Positions 44,537 to 53,888 of a stretch of 64,000 nt of DNA are shown in pieces (position 1 is the first letter of the stretch; each line of letters starts with the position of its first letter). Below the pieces are notes generated by a model, which was not told where the DNA came from, did not search any database, and was given only the letters and a program-made list of their open reading frames with translations. Source of the DNA: an uncultured Acidobacteriota bacterium (GTDB taxonomy: Bacteria; Acidobacteriota; Terriglobia; Terriglobales; Acidobacteriaceae); the NCBI GenBank assembly GCA_963717205.1, contig CAVQVP010000005.1, positions 36,261-100,260 on the forward strand, given 5' to 3'. Made by a program: the position numbers and the translations under genes.

Positions 44537-46585
44537 ATGAGTACGATCGCTCCACCTCCTGTGAAGAAATACACTCCGTATGTTCCGGAAACGATGGAAA
44601 TGAAGGAGTTCACCTTCCGCGCCTTGCTCATCGGATTGGTGATGACGGCGATCCTCGGCTCGGCCAATGCCTATCTAGGGTTGAAGGCCGGGATGACGAT
44701 TGCGGCCACGTATCCGGCCGCCGTAATCGGCATGGCCCTGCTGCGGTTGATGAAAGGATCACTGCTCGAAGAGAATATCGCGCGAACCGTGGGCTCGATT
44801 GGCGAATCGGTGGCGGCGGGGGCGGTGTTTACGATTCCTGCATTTGTAATGGCTGGCCTGTGGCCAGGGTTGACACGCGAGAAATATTGGAACTCAGTGG
44901 CACTGATGGTCATCGGCGGCACGCTCGGCATTCTTTTTGTAACGCTGCTGCGACGCGTGATGGTGGAAGATCAGGAGCTTCCCTACCCCGAATCTGTGGC
45001 CGCGTCTGAGATTCACAAGGCAGGACAGCAAGGCGCCAAGGCCGCAAAGATTCTATTTGCGAACATGGGCTTTGGTGGGTTCATGTATTTGTTAGGCGCA
45101 GTCAATGTTTTTTCGGCGAACAATACGTTTCCGGTCACTATCAGTGCGCTGGGCAAGAAGTTGCTGCTGCGTACGGGTACGAATCCCAACGTGGCGACCA
45201 CGATCACTGGAGGCGCAACCCTGCTAACTGCTCCTGACATTAGTCCAGCGTATCTTGGGGTTGGCTACATTATTGGTCCGCGGCTGGCGTCTCTCAATTT
45301 CGCCGGAGGTGTGCTGGCCTGGGGTCTTCTGGTTCCGCTTCTAACTTTCACCGTTGGCCCATACATTCAGGCGGCACAGCCTGATGGAAAGGCACTCGCG
45401 TGGCCGCTGCTCGCGGGCGCGATCTACTACTCAATCGTGCGTCCGATCGCTGTCGGCGGAATGCTGGTAGGAGCGTCATACACATTATTTAAAATGCGGA
45501 AGCAGTTAGTCGCCGGCATGGCGCGGGCGGTGTCCGATCTGAAGAAATCCGCAGCGGCCCATGAAGCCACGAATCGGACAGATCGCGATCTTCCGTCGAA
45601 GGTGATCTTTGCCGGCGTCGGCGTCGTGTTCCTCGCCATGATCGCGCTCTACTACTACTTCATTGGAGGCGCGGGAAATTTGTCGAGCTCGCAGGTCATT
45701 ACAGCTTCGGTGGTAGCCGCCCTCGTAATGATCGTTCTGGGTTTTTTCTTTGCCGCAGTTTCTGGAAACCTGGTAGGGCTGATCGGCTCGTCAAATAATC
45801 CGGTATCGGGGCTGACGCTGTGCACGCTGGTGATTGCCGCACTGCTCATGGTGGCGTTGGGTGTATCGGGAACCGGAGGCGTGGCCGCAGTACTGGGAGT
45901 GGCAGCAGTGGTTTGCGTATCGTCTGCCGTTGCGGGCGAGATGCTGCAAGATTTAAAGGTCGGGTACATTTTGGGAGGCACGCCGTCCAAAATGGAGATC
46001 GGGGACCTGTTTGGCATTGTGGTGGCATCACTCGTGTTGTTCTTTCCGCTGGCAGTGCTCGATAAGGCGTACCACTTCGGCAGCTCGGCGTTGCCCGCTC
46101 CGCAGGCCGGATTAATGGCCATGCTCTCCAAGGGAATTGTCGGCGGCGACATGGCGTGGCCGCTGGTGGTGGTTGGGATTTTGCTGGGCCTTGCCATGAT
46201 CATGATCGAAGTAAAAAGCGTGATGTTGTTCGCAGTGGGAATGTACCTTCCGCTGGGTACAACGTTTGCGATTTTTCTGGGCGGCGTGATTCGCTGGGTG
46301 ACTGACAAGCTTCGCGATCGCCGCGGCTACAACGATGCCCAGAAGGCTCGTGTAGAGAATGCCGGAGTGCTGACTGCCTCGGGCTTGATTGCCGGCGAGG
46401 CGCTGTGCGGGCTTGTGATCGCCGGGCTGGTGGGATCAGGAAAAGATGTGACTTTGGTCCATTGGACGCCTTCGTTCTGGCTGGCCCTGGCCGCGCTGGC
46501 GGTGTTGATACTGGTGATGGTGCGGGTTCCACTGGCCAATGCCGGACGCCCCGAGGAGCCGGCGCCACCTACGGCGATTATGTAG
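44537..46585 (+). CDS. OPT-family oligopeptide transporter
   Basis: 682 aa, about 16 TM. N-terminal EFTFRALLIGLVM..ANAYLGLKAGMT is typical of the OPT superfamily. Confidence 0.9.
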   Translation: MSTIAPPPVKKYTPYVPETMEMKEFTFRALLIGLVMTAILGSANAYLGLKAGMTIAATYPAAVIGMALLRLMKGSLLEENIARTVGSIGESVAAGAVFTIPAFVMAGLWPGLTREKYWNSVALMVIGGTLGILFVTLLRRVMVEDQELPYPESVAASEIHKAGQQGAKAAKILFANMGFGGFMYLLGAVNVFSANNTFPVTISALGKKLLLRTGTNPNVATTITGGATLLTAPDISPAYLGVGYIIGPRLASLNFAGGVLAWGLLVPLLTFTVGPYIQAAQPDGKALAWPLLAGAIYYSIVRPIAVGGMLVGASYTLFKMRKQLVAGMARAVSDLKKSAAAHEATNRTDRDLPSKVIFAGVGVVFLAMIALYYYFIGGAGNLSSSQVITASVVAALVMIVLGFFFAAVSGNLVGLIGSSNNPVSGLTLCTLVIAALLMVALGVSGTGGVAAVLGVAAVVCVSSAVAGEMLQDLKVGYILGGTPSKMEIGDLFGIVVASLVLFFPLAVLDKAYHFGSSALPAPQAGLMAMLSKGIVGGDMAWPLVVVGILLGLAMIMIEVKSVMLFAVGMYLPLGTTFAIFLGGVIRWVTDKLRDRRGYNDAQKARVENAGVLTASGLIAGEALCGLVIAGLVGSGKDVTLVHWTPSFWLALAALAVLILVMVRVPLANAGRPEEPAPPTAIM

Positions 46586-46674
46586 TCTTATTCAGTCACG
46601 AAGGAGACGAGGTTGAGCGATGGTAATCTAATGTCCCTTGTCCAACTTCGTGCCTTTCGTGGTTCAGTGTCTCT

Positions 46675-47394
46675 ATGTCGATTTTTGAAAACGTTGCCGC
46701 AGTGCGCGAGCGGATTGCCAGCGCTGCGCGGCGTGCCGGACGATCTCTCGAAGAAATCGCGCTAATGGCCGTTAGCAAGACTCAGCCACCGGAGCGCATT
46801 TGCGAGGCTTACGACCTTGGTCTGAGAATATTCGGCGAAAACCGAGTCCAGGAATTTGCGGGGAAGGCTGGGCTGCTACGAGATTTGCACGACACCGAGT
46901 GGCACATGATCGGCCACCTGCAGACCAACAAAGCGGCGAAGACAGTTGAGCTATTTTCCTCGGTGGATTCCATCGATTCACTGAAACTAGCGGAGAAGTT
47001 GAGCGCGGCGGCCGAGAAGATGGGCAAGAAACTGAACGTGCTCATCGAAATTAACGTCGGCGGAGAAGCCGCGAAAAGCGGGACGGCCCCGAATTCCCAG
47101 GAGCTCGAAGAACTGCTGATCGCCGCACCCCGGCTGGAAGCATTAGTATTCCGCGGACTGATGACGGTGCCGCCGTTCACTAACGATCCAGAGAGCGCGC
47201 GTCCCTATTTTCGTAGGCTGCGGGAATTGCGGGATGCGATTGCGGCCCGCAAGCTGCCGGCTATCGCGATGGACCAACTCTCCATGGGCATGTCGCACGA
47301 TTTCGAAGTCGCAATTGAGGAGGGATCGACTTGCGTACGTGTCGGTACGGCAATCTTCGGCGAAAGAACAAAAATTAACCACAGGGGAAACTGA
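46675..47394 (+). CDS. yggS: YggS-family pyridoxal-phosphate homeostasis protein
   Basis: LMAVSKTQP (PLP Lys), FGENRVQE, HMIGHLQTNK, LSMGMSHDFEVAIEEGSTCVRVGTAIFG. Confidence 0.92.
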   Translation: MSIFENVAAVRERIASAARRAGRSLEEIALMAVSKTQPPERICEAYDLGLRIFGENRVQEFAGKAGLLRDLHDTEWHMIGHLQTNKAAKTVELFSSVDSIDSLKLAEKLSAAAEKMGKKLNVLIEINVGGEAAKSGTAPNSQELEELLIAAPRLEALVFRGLMTVPPFTNDPESARPYFRRLRELRDAIAARKLPAIAMDQLSMGMSHDFEVAIEEGSTCVRVGTAIFGERTKINHRGN

Positions 47395-47411
47395 GGAACA
47401 CAGGGACAGGT

Positions 47412-47750
47412 ATGAACCTTCTCGACCAGTTCTGCGCGGCGGCTCTTTTTGTTCTGGCTATTGCCGATTGCATGCTCGTGCCGAGGACTTATACAGGCAG
47501 AATCTGGATCCTGGGGACGGGACTGGCTCTGCTGTTCTCCGGCATGTTGAATTTGCTGCGCATTCGGAACGACCGCGAGGTACGAAGTTTGCGGCTGTTT
47601 TGCATCACTGCGAATGTGACGATGCTGGTATTCGTGATCGCGCTGATCGCAAGCATTGGGAAATCACGCACCCTGCAGCACCCGCAGGTGCCCATAGTAG
47701 GGGCTCTGCTGCTGGCCGAGACTGCGTTTTCTCTGGGAAAGAGATCTTGA
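47412..47750 (+). CDS. Hypothetical membrane protein
   Basis: Four hydrophobic helices. TTGA overlap with the next gene. Confidence 0.5.
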   Translation: MNLLDQFCAAALFVLAIADCMLVPRTYTGRIWILGTGLALLFSGMLNLLRIRNDREVRSLRLFCITANVTMLVFVIALIASIGKSRTLQHPQVPIVGALLLAETAFSLGKRS

Positions 47751-48031
47751 TCCCGCTTCGGGAGTCCAGTAGCGGAGTGACGTTCGCAGTCAAGGTCCAC
47801 CCCCGCGCGAAGAAAGACGCTGTAACCGAGGTCGGCGATGCGCTGAAGGTTTCTCTCAAGGCTCCGCCAACCGACGGCAAAGCTAATGCAGCTTGCATCG
47901 AATTCATCGCGAAACTTTTGAAGGTACCTCGCTCTTCCGTTACCATTGCCTCCGGCCAGGCCAGTCGTGGAAAAGTGATTCGGGTAGTCGGACTTTCGGC
48001 CGAAGAAGTCAGGAAACGAATCGGAATTTAA
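47747..48031 (+). CDS. DUF167 (YggU-like) protein
   Basis: VKVHPRAKKDAV...LKVSLKAPPTDGKANAACIEFIAKLLKVPRSSVTIASGQASRGKVI. I prefer TTG 47747, preceded by GGGAAAGAG. The track ORF from 47234 is over-extended. Confidence 0.8.
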   Translation: MIPLRESSSGVTFAVKVHPRAKKDAVTEVGDALKVSLKAPPTDGKANAACIEFIAKLLKVPRSSVTIASGQASRGKVIRVVGLSAEEVRKRIGI

Positions 48032-48141
48032 GCGCGCGACATAAACGTCGGCCGATAAGGACGAGAACAAACGCGGGCAGAGCCTGTCCTGAGCCTGTCG
48101 TAGGGAGTTGCCGGCGCTACACGAGTCATCAAGGAGCCACT

Positions 48142-49539
48142 TTGAGTTTTTCCGAGCGCTTGCAGGAGATTCGCACCGGGTTCGAGCGATCGTTCTGGGT
48201 CGCCAACATCAGCGAAATTTTCGAGCGGCTTTCTTATTATGGAGCCTTCGCTTCGCTTGCCCTCTACCTGCAAGAGCAACTGAATTTCTCCGCTCAGCAA
48301 ACCGGAACCTTGACCGGAATCTTTGGCGGCATGGTTTGGTTTCTCGCCATCTTCGGTGGGGCTGCGGCTGACCGCCTCGGTTTTCGCCGCGCGCTTTCGA
48401 TGGCGTATCTCATTCTTGCCGCCGCATATTTTCTGATTGGATCGATTGGAGCATCTTGGCTGGCGCCCGTACGCAACGCCGTTCCGCTCAGTTTGTTCGT
48501 CGGATTTATTCTCATCTTGCCCGCCCTCGGAATCTCGCTGGTAAAGCCTTGCGTGGTTGGAACCACTGCTCGTGCCTCAAAAGAGAACGTCCGCTCGATT
48601 GGTTATTCCATTTACTACACCATGGTTAATATCGGCGGCGCCGCCGGCCCCCTGTTCGCGTCATGGGCTCATCCCCACCTGGGCGTCGAAAATGTTTACC
48701 GGGTTTCGGCGCTCTTTGTCTTCGCGATGTTCTTTGTGGTTCTATTTTTCTTCCGTGAGCCGCGCAAGCCCGGGGACGCACCTCCACCCTCCATAGCGAC
48801 AGTCGCGCGGAACTTCTGCATAGTCGTAGGCAACTACCGGCTGGTTCTGCCCGTGCTGGTCATCGCCCTACTACTTCGCATCGGCCTGTGGATATACCCG
48901 CAATCCACCGTTCCCTGGTGGATCTGGGTGGGACTTCTTGCGATCGTACTGGCCGGTATTAGCCGTTTCATGTGGTTTCTCGTACTCTTCACCGGCTACT
49001 GGGTCGTTTTCTGGCAGCAGTACATCAGTTTGCCTGGGTACATTCACGGCTACATTAATTCTGGAGCTAACGTCGAGAAAATTCTGGTCACGGATGGGCT
49101 GACTGTAATCTGTCTCACTCTCGCAGTGAATTTCCTGACAAAGAAAATCCCGGCATTTCAAGCGGTAATTCTGGGTACGCTCATCACGTCTGTTTCGTGG
49201 TTGATACTCGCTTTCAGTCCGACGATCTGGGGCGCGGTGCTTTCGATATTCGTGCTGGCACTGGGCGAGATCATCCAGCAGCCACGCTACTACGAATACA
49301 TTGCGCTGCTTGCTCCTCCGGGACAGCAGGGCACCTATATGGGTTTTGCATTCTTGCCAATCGGAATTGGGTCGTTGATTGGCGGGTGGTTCGGTGGGAC
49401 GCTGATGCATCATTTCGGAGAAGTTACGCATCGGCCAGATCGCATCTGGTGGGCCGTAACCGCCGTCGGCATAGCGACCACTGCGCTGCTCTGGATTTAT
49501 GATCGCATGTTCAGGACGCCAGCTTCGCCTGCGAACTGA
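48142..49539 (+). CDS. MFS transporter, POT/PTR2 (proton-dependent oligopeptide transporter)-like
   Basis: EIFERLSYYG matches the POT ExxERFxYYG signature. 12-14 TM. TTG 48142 follows AAGGAG. The track ORF from 47893 is over-extended. Confidence 0.82.
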   Translation: MSFSERLQEIRTGFERSFWVANISEIFERLSYYGAFASLALYLQEQLNFSAQQTGTLTGIFGGMVWFLAIFGGAAADRLGFRRALSMAYLILAAAYFLIGSIGASWLAPVRNAVPLSLFVGFILILPALGISLVKPCVVGTTARASKENVRSIGYSIYYTMVNIGGAAGPLFASWAHPHLGVENVYRVSALFVFAMFFVVLFFFREPRKPGDAPPPSIATVARNFCIVVGNYRLVLPVLVIALLLRIGLWIYPQSTVPWWIWVGLLAIVLAGISRFMWFLVLFTGYWVVFWQQYISLPGYIHGYINSGANVEKILVTDGLTVICLTLAVNFLTKKIPAFQAVILGTLITSVSWLILAFSPTIWGAVLSIFVLALGEIIQQPRYYEYIALLAPPGQQGTYMGFAFLPIGIGSLIGGWFGGTLMHHFGEVTHRPDRIWWAVTAVGIATTALLWIYDRMFRTPASPAN

Positions 49540-49619
49540 GATCCGGCCATCCTGCGCTTGACTTCGCGTTCTACCTCTGGAATCATTCGCTGCCAGCAAG
49601 TGAATCGGAAGGAGGTTCT

Positions 49620-49955
49620 ATGCCACATTATCTTCACCAAGTCGCGTATTCGCGCGAGGGATGGGAAGCGCTTCTGGCGCATCCCCAGAACCGCATCGAA
49701 GCGGTAAGACCCGCGATCGAGAAGTTGGGAGGCAAGCTTGAAACCGCCTGGTTCGCCTTTGGAGAATACGATGTAGTCGTCATTACTGAACTGCCTGACA
49801 ACGTGAGTGCGGCGGCAATTTCCATAGCGTTTGCAGGCGGTGGCGCCTGCAAGGCTGTGCAAACCACGCCACTGATGTCCCCCGCAGAAGCTGTGCAAGC
49901 CTTCAAGAAAGCCGGAGAATGCGGCTATCGGCCGGCGACGGCTCGCGCCGCGTAA
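49620..49955 (+). CDS. GYD-domain protein
   Basis: YSREGWEALL...AWFAFGEYDVVVITELPDNVSAAAISIA. Confidence 0.8.
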   Translation: MPHYLHQVAYSREGWEALLAHPQNRIEAVRPAIEKLGGKLETAWFAFGEYDVVVITELPDNVSAAAISIAFAGGGACKAVQTTPLMSPAEAVQAFKKAGECGYRPATARAA

Positions 49956-50030
49956 GTCGATTGTGGGAAATAAGAAGAGGGGCGGCCAGGCCTGGCCGCC
50001 TTGTTTTGCATCAAACTCAGCCCCGTAACC

Positions 50031-50768
50031 ATGATTCAACTCAAGACTACGCCCGCTATCGTTGCTGTTCAGATTCGCCGCGCTCTGAAAGACGGCGGCT
50101 CGGCCGAGCACGCGACGGGCGTGCAGTGGTTCTTCAAAGAAGAAATCAAATCGCATGGATGGTATACGGCAGACTTGCGCCGCGCTGCTCGCCGTTTCCG
50201 CCGGGAAGTGCGGAAAGAACATAGTCTCGATTTCCTGGTTGAGGTCGCCGATCAGCTTTTCAATGGCACCGTGCTGGAAGAGAAAATTGCCGCCGTATTT
50301 TTGCTGGAGAAACTCGATGCCGAATTCGGCGACGACGAATTCAATCGATTCGAGTCCTGGCTCGACCGCATCAGCAGTTGGGCTGATCACGATGCGCTGG
50401 TGCACGACTTGATAGCTCCCATGATCGCCGGGACCCCCGCGCGCGCTAAAACAATTTTCCGCTGGGCGAAGTCTCCGAATCGCTGGCGTCGCCGTGCCGC
50501 CTGTGTGGCGCTGATTCGCGGTGCGCGGGCAAGAATGTTTTTTCCAGAAATCCAGAAGCTCTCCGACTCGCTTCTAGCGGATGAAGATGACATGGTACAG
50601 AAAGGTCTGGGCTGGCTGTTGCGCGAGACTGCGAAATTCGATGCCAAGCGGACAGCTCCCTATCTGATGAAGATTCGCGGTCGCGCTCCACGATTAGTAT
50701 TGCGAACGGCATGCGAGACGTTGCCTGCGGCAACTAAAAGAACAATTCTGACCCGCGAAGTTGCATAA
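50031..50768 (+). CDS. DNA alkylation repair (AlkD/HEAT-like repeat) protein
   Basis: WADHDALVHDLIAPM, NRWRRRAACVALI, DMVQKGLGWLLRE are typical of the family. ATG 50031 preferred. Confidence 0.8.
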   Translation: MIQLKTTPAIVAVQIRRALKDGGSAEHATGVQWFFKEEIKSHGWYTADLRRAARRFRREVRKEHSLDFLVEVADQLFNGTVLEEKIAAVFLLEKLDAEFGDDEFNRFESWLDRISSWADHDALVHDLIAPMIAGTPARAKTIFRWAKSPNRWRRRAACVALIRGARARMFFPEIQKLSDSLLADEDDMVQKGLGWLLRETAKFDAKRTAPYLMKIRGRAPRLVLRTACETLPAATKRTILTREVA

Positions 50769-50873
50769 CAGAGCACCAGATCCACAAGAAAAGATTCTCG
50801 CGGCTTTGTAAGAGAATGGCGCCTTCGCAAGCTCCGATTCGCTCAAATCCACTCCATTGTTTACAATAGAAGT

Positions 50874-52046
50874 TTGCCCATGGACCTCTCCGCGATTCAA
50901 TCAGTGCTGCGCGAGCGCAATATCGACGCGTGGCTTTTTTACGATCATCATCATCGCGATCCCATTGCCTATCGTGTTCTGGGGCTGCCTGACGGGCTTA
51001 TGGTCACGCGTCGCTGGTTCTACTTGATACCGGCGCAGGGCAAACCGGTGAAACTGGTGCATAAGATCGAAGCGGGGCACCTCGACTCGCTTCCGGGTAG
51101 CAAGCTTCAATATTCAGGATGGCAAGAGCTGTTTGACACCCTGAAATCGATGCTCGCAAATCACCGTGACATCGCCATGCAGTATTCGCCGAACAACATC
51201 GTCTTCACCATTTCTCTGGTCGATGCGGGGACCATCGAGTTGCTGCGTGGCTTGGGAAAAAACATAGTCAGTTCCGCCGACCTGGTTGCGCAGTTTGAAG
51301 CAACCTGGAGTGATGAGCAGATCAAGACGCACTTTGCAGCTCGCGACGCGATTGATGCAATTACCGCCGCGGCTTTCAAGGAAATCGGAAAGCGTGCCCG
51401 CAACGGTGGAACGACGGAACACGCCATCCAACAGTGGTTCATGGAAGCCTTTCAGCGCGAAAACCTGCTCACCGATGATCCGCCGATCGTTGCGGCCAAC
51501 GCGAATGCCGGCAATCCACACTACGAGCCACGCGCCGATCATCCCGTGCCTATTCGCGAGGGCGATTTCGTGCTGCTCGATGTGTGGGGGAAAAAGAATA
51601 TTCCAGGTGCGGTGTATTACGACATTACCTGGGTTGGATTTGTCGGTAAGGCGCCAAGCGGCCGCATGCACGAGGTCTTCGAGGTTGTGCGCGAGGCGCG
51701 CGACGCCGGCGTGAAGACTGTGGTTGACGCCGTCGGCTCCGGGCGCCCGATTGCGGGATGGGAAGTGGACCGCGCTACCCGCGGCTACATCAAGCAGAAG
51801 GGCTTCGGAGATTATTTCATTCATCGCACGGGACATTCCATCGGTACGGACGTCCATTCGAATGGCGCCAACATGGATGATCTGGAAATTCACGACGAGC
51901 GCCACATTCTTCCCAACTCTTGCTTCTCGATCGAGCCCGGCATTTATTTGCCGGAGTTCGGCGTGCGCAGCGAGGTCAACGTGCTGGTGCGGCCGAAGTC
52001 GGCGGAAGTCACCGGCAACATCCAACGCGAGATCGTAATCATCTGA
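50874..52046 (+). CDS. M24-family metallopeptidase (Xaa-Pro aminopeptidase-like)
   Basis: Pita-bread motifs DFVLLDVWG, DITW, HRTGHSIG, SIEPGIY, EVNVLV. Confidence 0.9.
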   Translation: MPMDLSAIQSVLRERNIDAWLFYDHHHRDPIAYRVLGLPDGLMVTRRWFYLIPAQGKPVKLVHKIEAGHLDSLPGSKLQYSGWQELFDTLKSMLANHRDIAMQYSPNNIVFTISLVDAGTIELLRGLGKNIVSSADLVAQFEATWSDEQIKTHFAARDAIDAITAAAFKEIGKRARNGGTTEHAIQQWFMEAFQRENLLTDDPPIVAANANAGNPHYEPRADHPVPIREGDFVLLDVWGKKNIPGAVYYDITWVGFVGKAPSGRMHEVFEVVREARDAGVKTVVDAVGSGRPIAGWEVDRATRGYIKQKGFGDYFIHRTGHSIGTDVHSNGANMDDLEIHDERHILPNSCFSIEPGIYLPEFGVRSEVNVLVRPKSAEVTGNIQREIVII

Positions 52047-52471
52047 TGGCAAATTCAACTGCTACAAAGACGAAGCCCGAGACGAAGACGGAATCAGCGC
52101 AGCCTTCCGCGATGGCCATAATTGCTCCGGTTGCAGGTTGGCTGATTCCGGGAGCCGGACACATCATCCAGAAGCGCTGGATCCGCGGCATCTTGTTGCT
52201 GGTCTCGATCGGAACCATGTTCGTGCTCGGCTTGATGATGCAGGGACACATCTACAAGGCGAACGGTGGCGACATTCTCGATATTCTCGGCTTCATCGGA
52301 GATTTGGGCGCAGGCGCGTTGTATATGACCGCGCTCGCCATGAACTGGGGTCTGGGTGCAATCGCTTTCGCCATCGCAGATTATGGAACTAAATTCATGA
52401 TTGTCGCCGGGCTGCTGAATTTCATTGCCGTGGCTGACGCCTACCACATCGCCATCGGGAAGAAACAATGA
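52046..52471 (+). CDS. Hypothetical membrane protein
   Basis: ATG 52046 overlaps the M24 stop (TGATG). Three or four TM helices. The track ORF from 51920 is over-extended. Confidence 0.55.
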   Translation: MANSTATKTKPETKTESAQPSAMAIIAPVAGWLIPGAGHIIQKRWIRGILLLVSIGTMFVLGLMMQGHIYKANGGDILDILGFIGDLGAGALYMTALAMNWGLGAIAFAIADYGTKFMIVAGLLNFIAVADAYHIAIGKKQ

Positions 52472-52526
52472 ACTCGATTTCCGCGACCCGCTTTCAATTC
52501 GTAGCTAGAACTTTGCGCCGCAAACT

Positions 52527-52709
52527 ATGACCATCCAACTCACACATTTCAGCGCGGCTTTTGTCTTCGCACTGTTTGCTTCCATCGTCTTCGGTATTAC
52601 GCATCGCGAAACCACGCGCGACATGGTTCGCTACGGTTTGTATTGTTTCGCGATGTTCCTGGGCGGGGTGCTGTTGGCGGGCTGGGCAATGTGGCTGGTG
52701 CGGCGCTGA
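52527..52709 (+). CDS. Hypothetical small two-TM protein
   Basis: ORF only. Confidence 0.35.
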   Translation: MTIQLTHFSAAFVFALFASIVFGITHRETTRDMVRYGLYCFAMFLGGVLLAGWAMWLVRR

Positions 52710-52714
52710 ATTCC

Positions 52715-52822
52715 GGCTTCTAGCTACCAGCTCGAGGTGCCAAGTGGAACGCGATGAGGGGGACATGACTTTCCCCAAAGCTGGAAGATCTAAGGCCTGG
52801 CTAGAAGCCAGGAGCTAGAAGC
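52715..52822. repeat. Palindromic word element (GCTTCTAGCT ... GCTAGAAGCC AGGAGCTAGAAGC)
   Basis: GCTTCTAGCT (52716-52725) is the exact reverse complement of AGCTAGAAGC (52813-52822). The right arm has the word doubled. Lies between convergent gene ends. Confidence 0.7.
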
Positions 52823-52826
52823 TTTT

Positions 52827-53771
52827 CTAACCCTCCCAGACGAACGCATCAAACACGCGCTTCAGATCGAAATTCAGGCGGCGGTAAAGAGCGACGGCTC
52901 CAGCGTTGGCTTCGGTCACCGTTAATGACAGCATAGAGAATCCGCGCTTGCGGAGATTCGCAGAGGTCGCGCCAAGCAACGATTCGCCGATGCCGCGCGA
53001 GCGATACTCTGGCAAGACACACACCTGAGTGACGTGCCCCACATCGCCGCGTACTCGAGAGCACAGAATTAATCCGATCAGATTTTTCGCTTTCCGATCC
53101 ACTGCGGCATACGAGGATTCTGCATCGAATAACCCGCATCCCGGAAAGCGAACGATGTTATTCAAAAAACGCAGCGATCCGCTGAGCGTATGGTATTGGT
53201 CGTTGATCTGAGCGTCGACGTGGCCCCGATAAGCCGCAGTAATCACCGCGGCCGCAGGTTGATAATCGGCTTCGGTCCAACGGCGAATTTCTACGTCTGG
53301 ATGCAGGGGCAGCGGCTTGGTAAGCGGATCGCTCAGAGAGAGAACCATAAACAAACGGGGGTGGCGCTGGAATCCCTGATCGAGAAAGGGCCGGGCAACG
53401 CTGCCGGCTTGGTGCGCCAACAACTGGGCTTCAACGCGATGAATGCCCGGCGACTGCTGCAGAGTCTCAATCACATGCGTAAGCAGTTTGATCTCAACTT
53501 CTCGCGCGTTCGGCAGACGCCCGCCATTCGCAACGAAAAGATCGCCAACCACCCCTTTGCTGCCTTCATATACGAAGAAGCTGTAGCCGAAGATCCGGCC
53601 GCGTTCGATGGCGGCATACCCGGGAAGGATTTTCGCGTCGACGTAGCGCAGGATCATCTCCGCGGATCCGTTGTAATCCCATGAGAGCATGCTCGACCAT
53701 GCTCGGGTCTCATCGTCGAGCAGAGGACGCAAATCCACGGAGGAAAAATGCCTGAGGTCGAGAATCTCCAC
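52827..53771 (-). CDS. GNAT-family N-acetyltransferase (two acetyltransferase-like halves)
   Basis: C-terminal half VLPEYRSRGIGESLL...GFSMLSLTVTEANAGAVALYRRLNF is a canonical GNAT motif A/B. Confidence 0.8.
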   Translation of the reverse strand: MEILDLRHFSSVDLRPLLDDETRAWSSMLSWDYNGSAEMILRYVDAKILPGYAAIERGRIFGYSFFVYEGSKGVVGDLFVANGGRLPNAREVEIKLLTHVIETLQQSPGIHRVEAQLLAHQAGSVARPFLDQGFQRHPRLFMVLSLSDPLTKPLPLHPDVEIRRWTEADYQPAAAVITAAYRGHVDAQINDQYHTLSGSLRFLNNIVRFPGCGLFDAESSYAAVDRKAKNLIGLILCSRVRGDVGHVTQVCVLPEYRSRGIGESLLGATSANLRKRGFSMLSLTVTEANAGAVALYRRLNFDLKRVFDAFVWEG

Positions 53772-53888
53772 TGGGCTCCTGCAAACTCAGCCAAAAACGA
53801 CCTTGGGTTTTGTTTGCGGCAGATCTTCGAGTTTAGTGCGTTTCAAGGATGGGAGGCAAACCCTGAACACCGGACGGTAACATCGATC

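Noticed and set aside
49497-50405. 302-aa minus-strand ORF spanning the GYD and AlkD-like genes
   Set aside because: It overlaps two plus-strand genes that have clear family motifs. Its own translation has no recognisable domain.
51114-52058. 314-aa minus-strand ORF antisense to the M24 peptidase gene
   Set aside because: The plus-strand frame carries the complete pita-bread metal-ligand motifs. The antisense frame is compositional noise.
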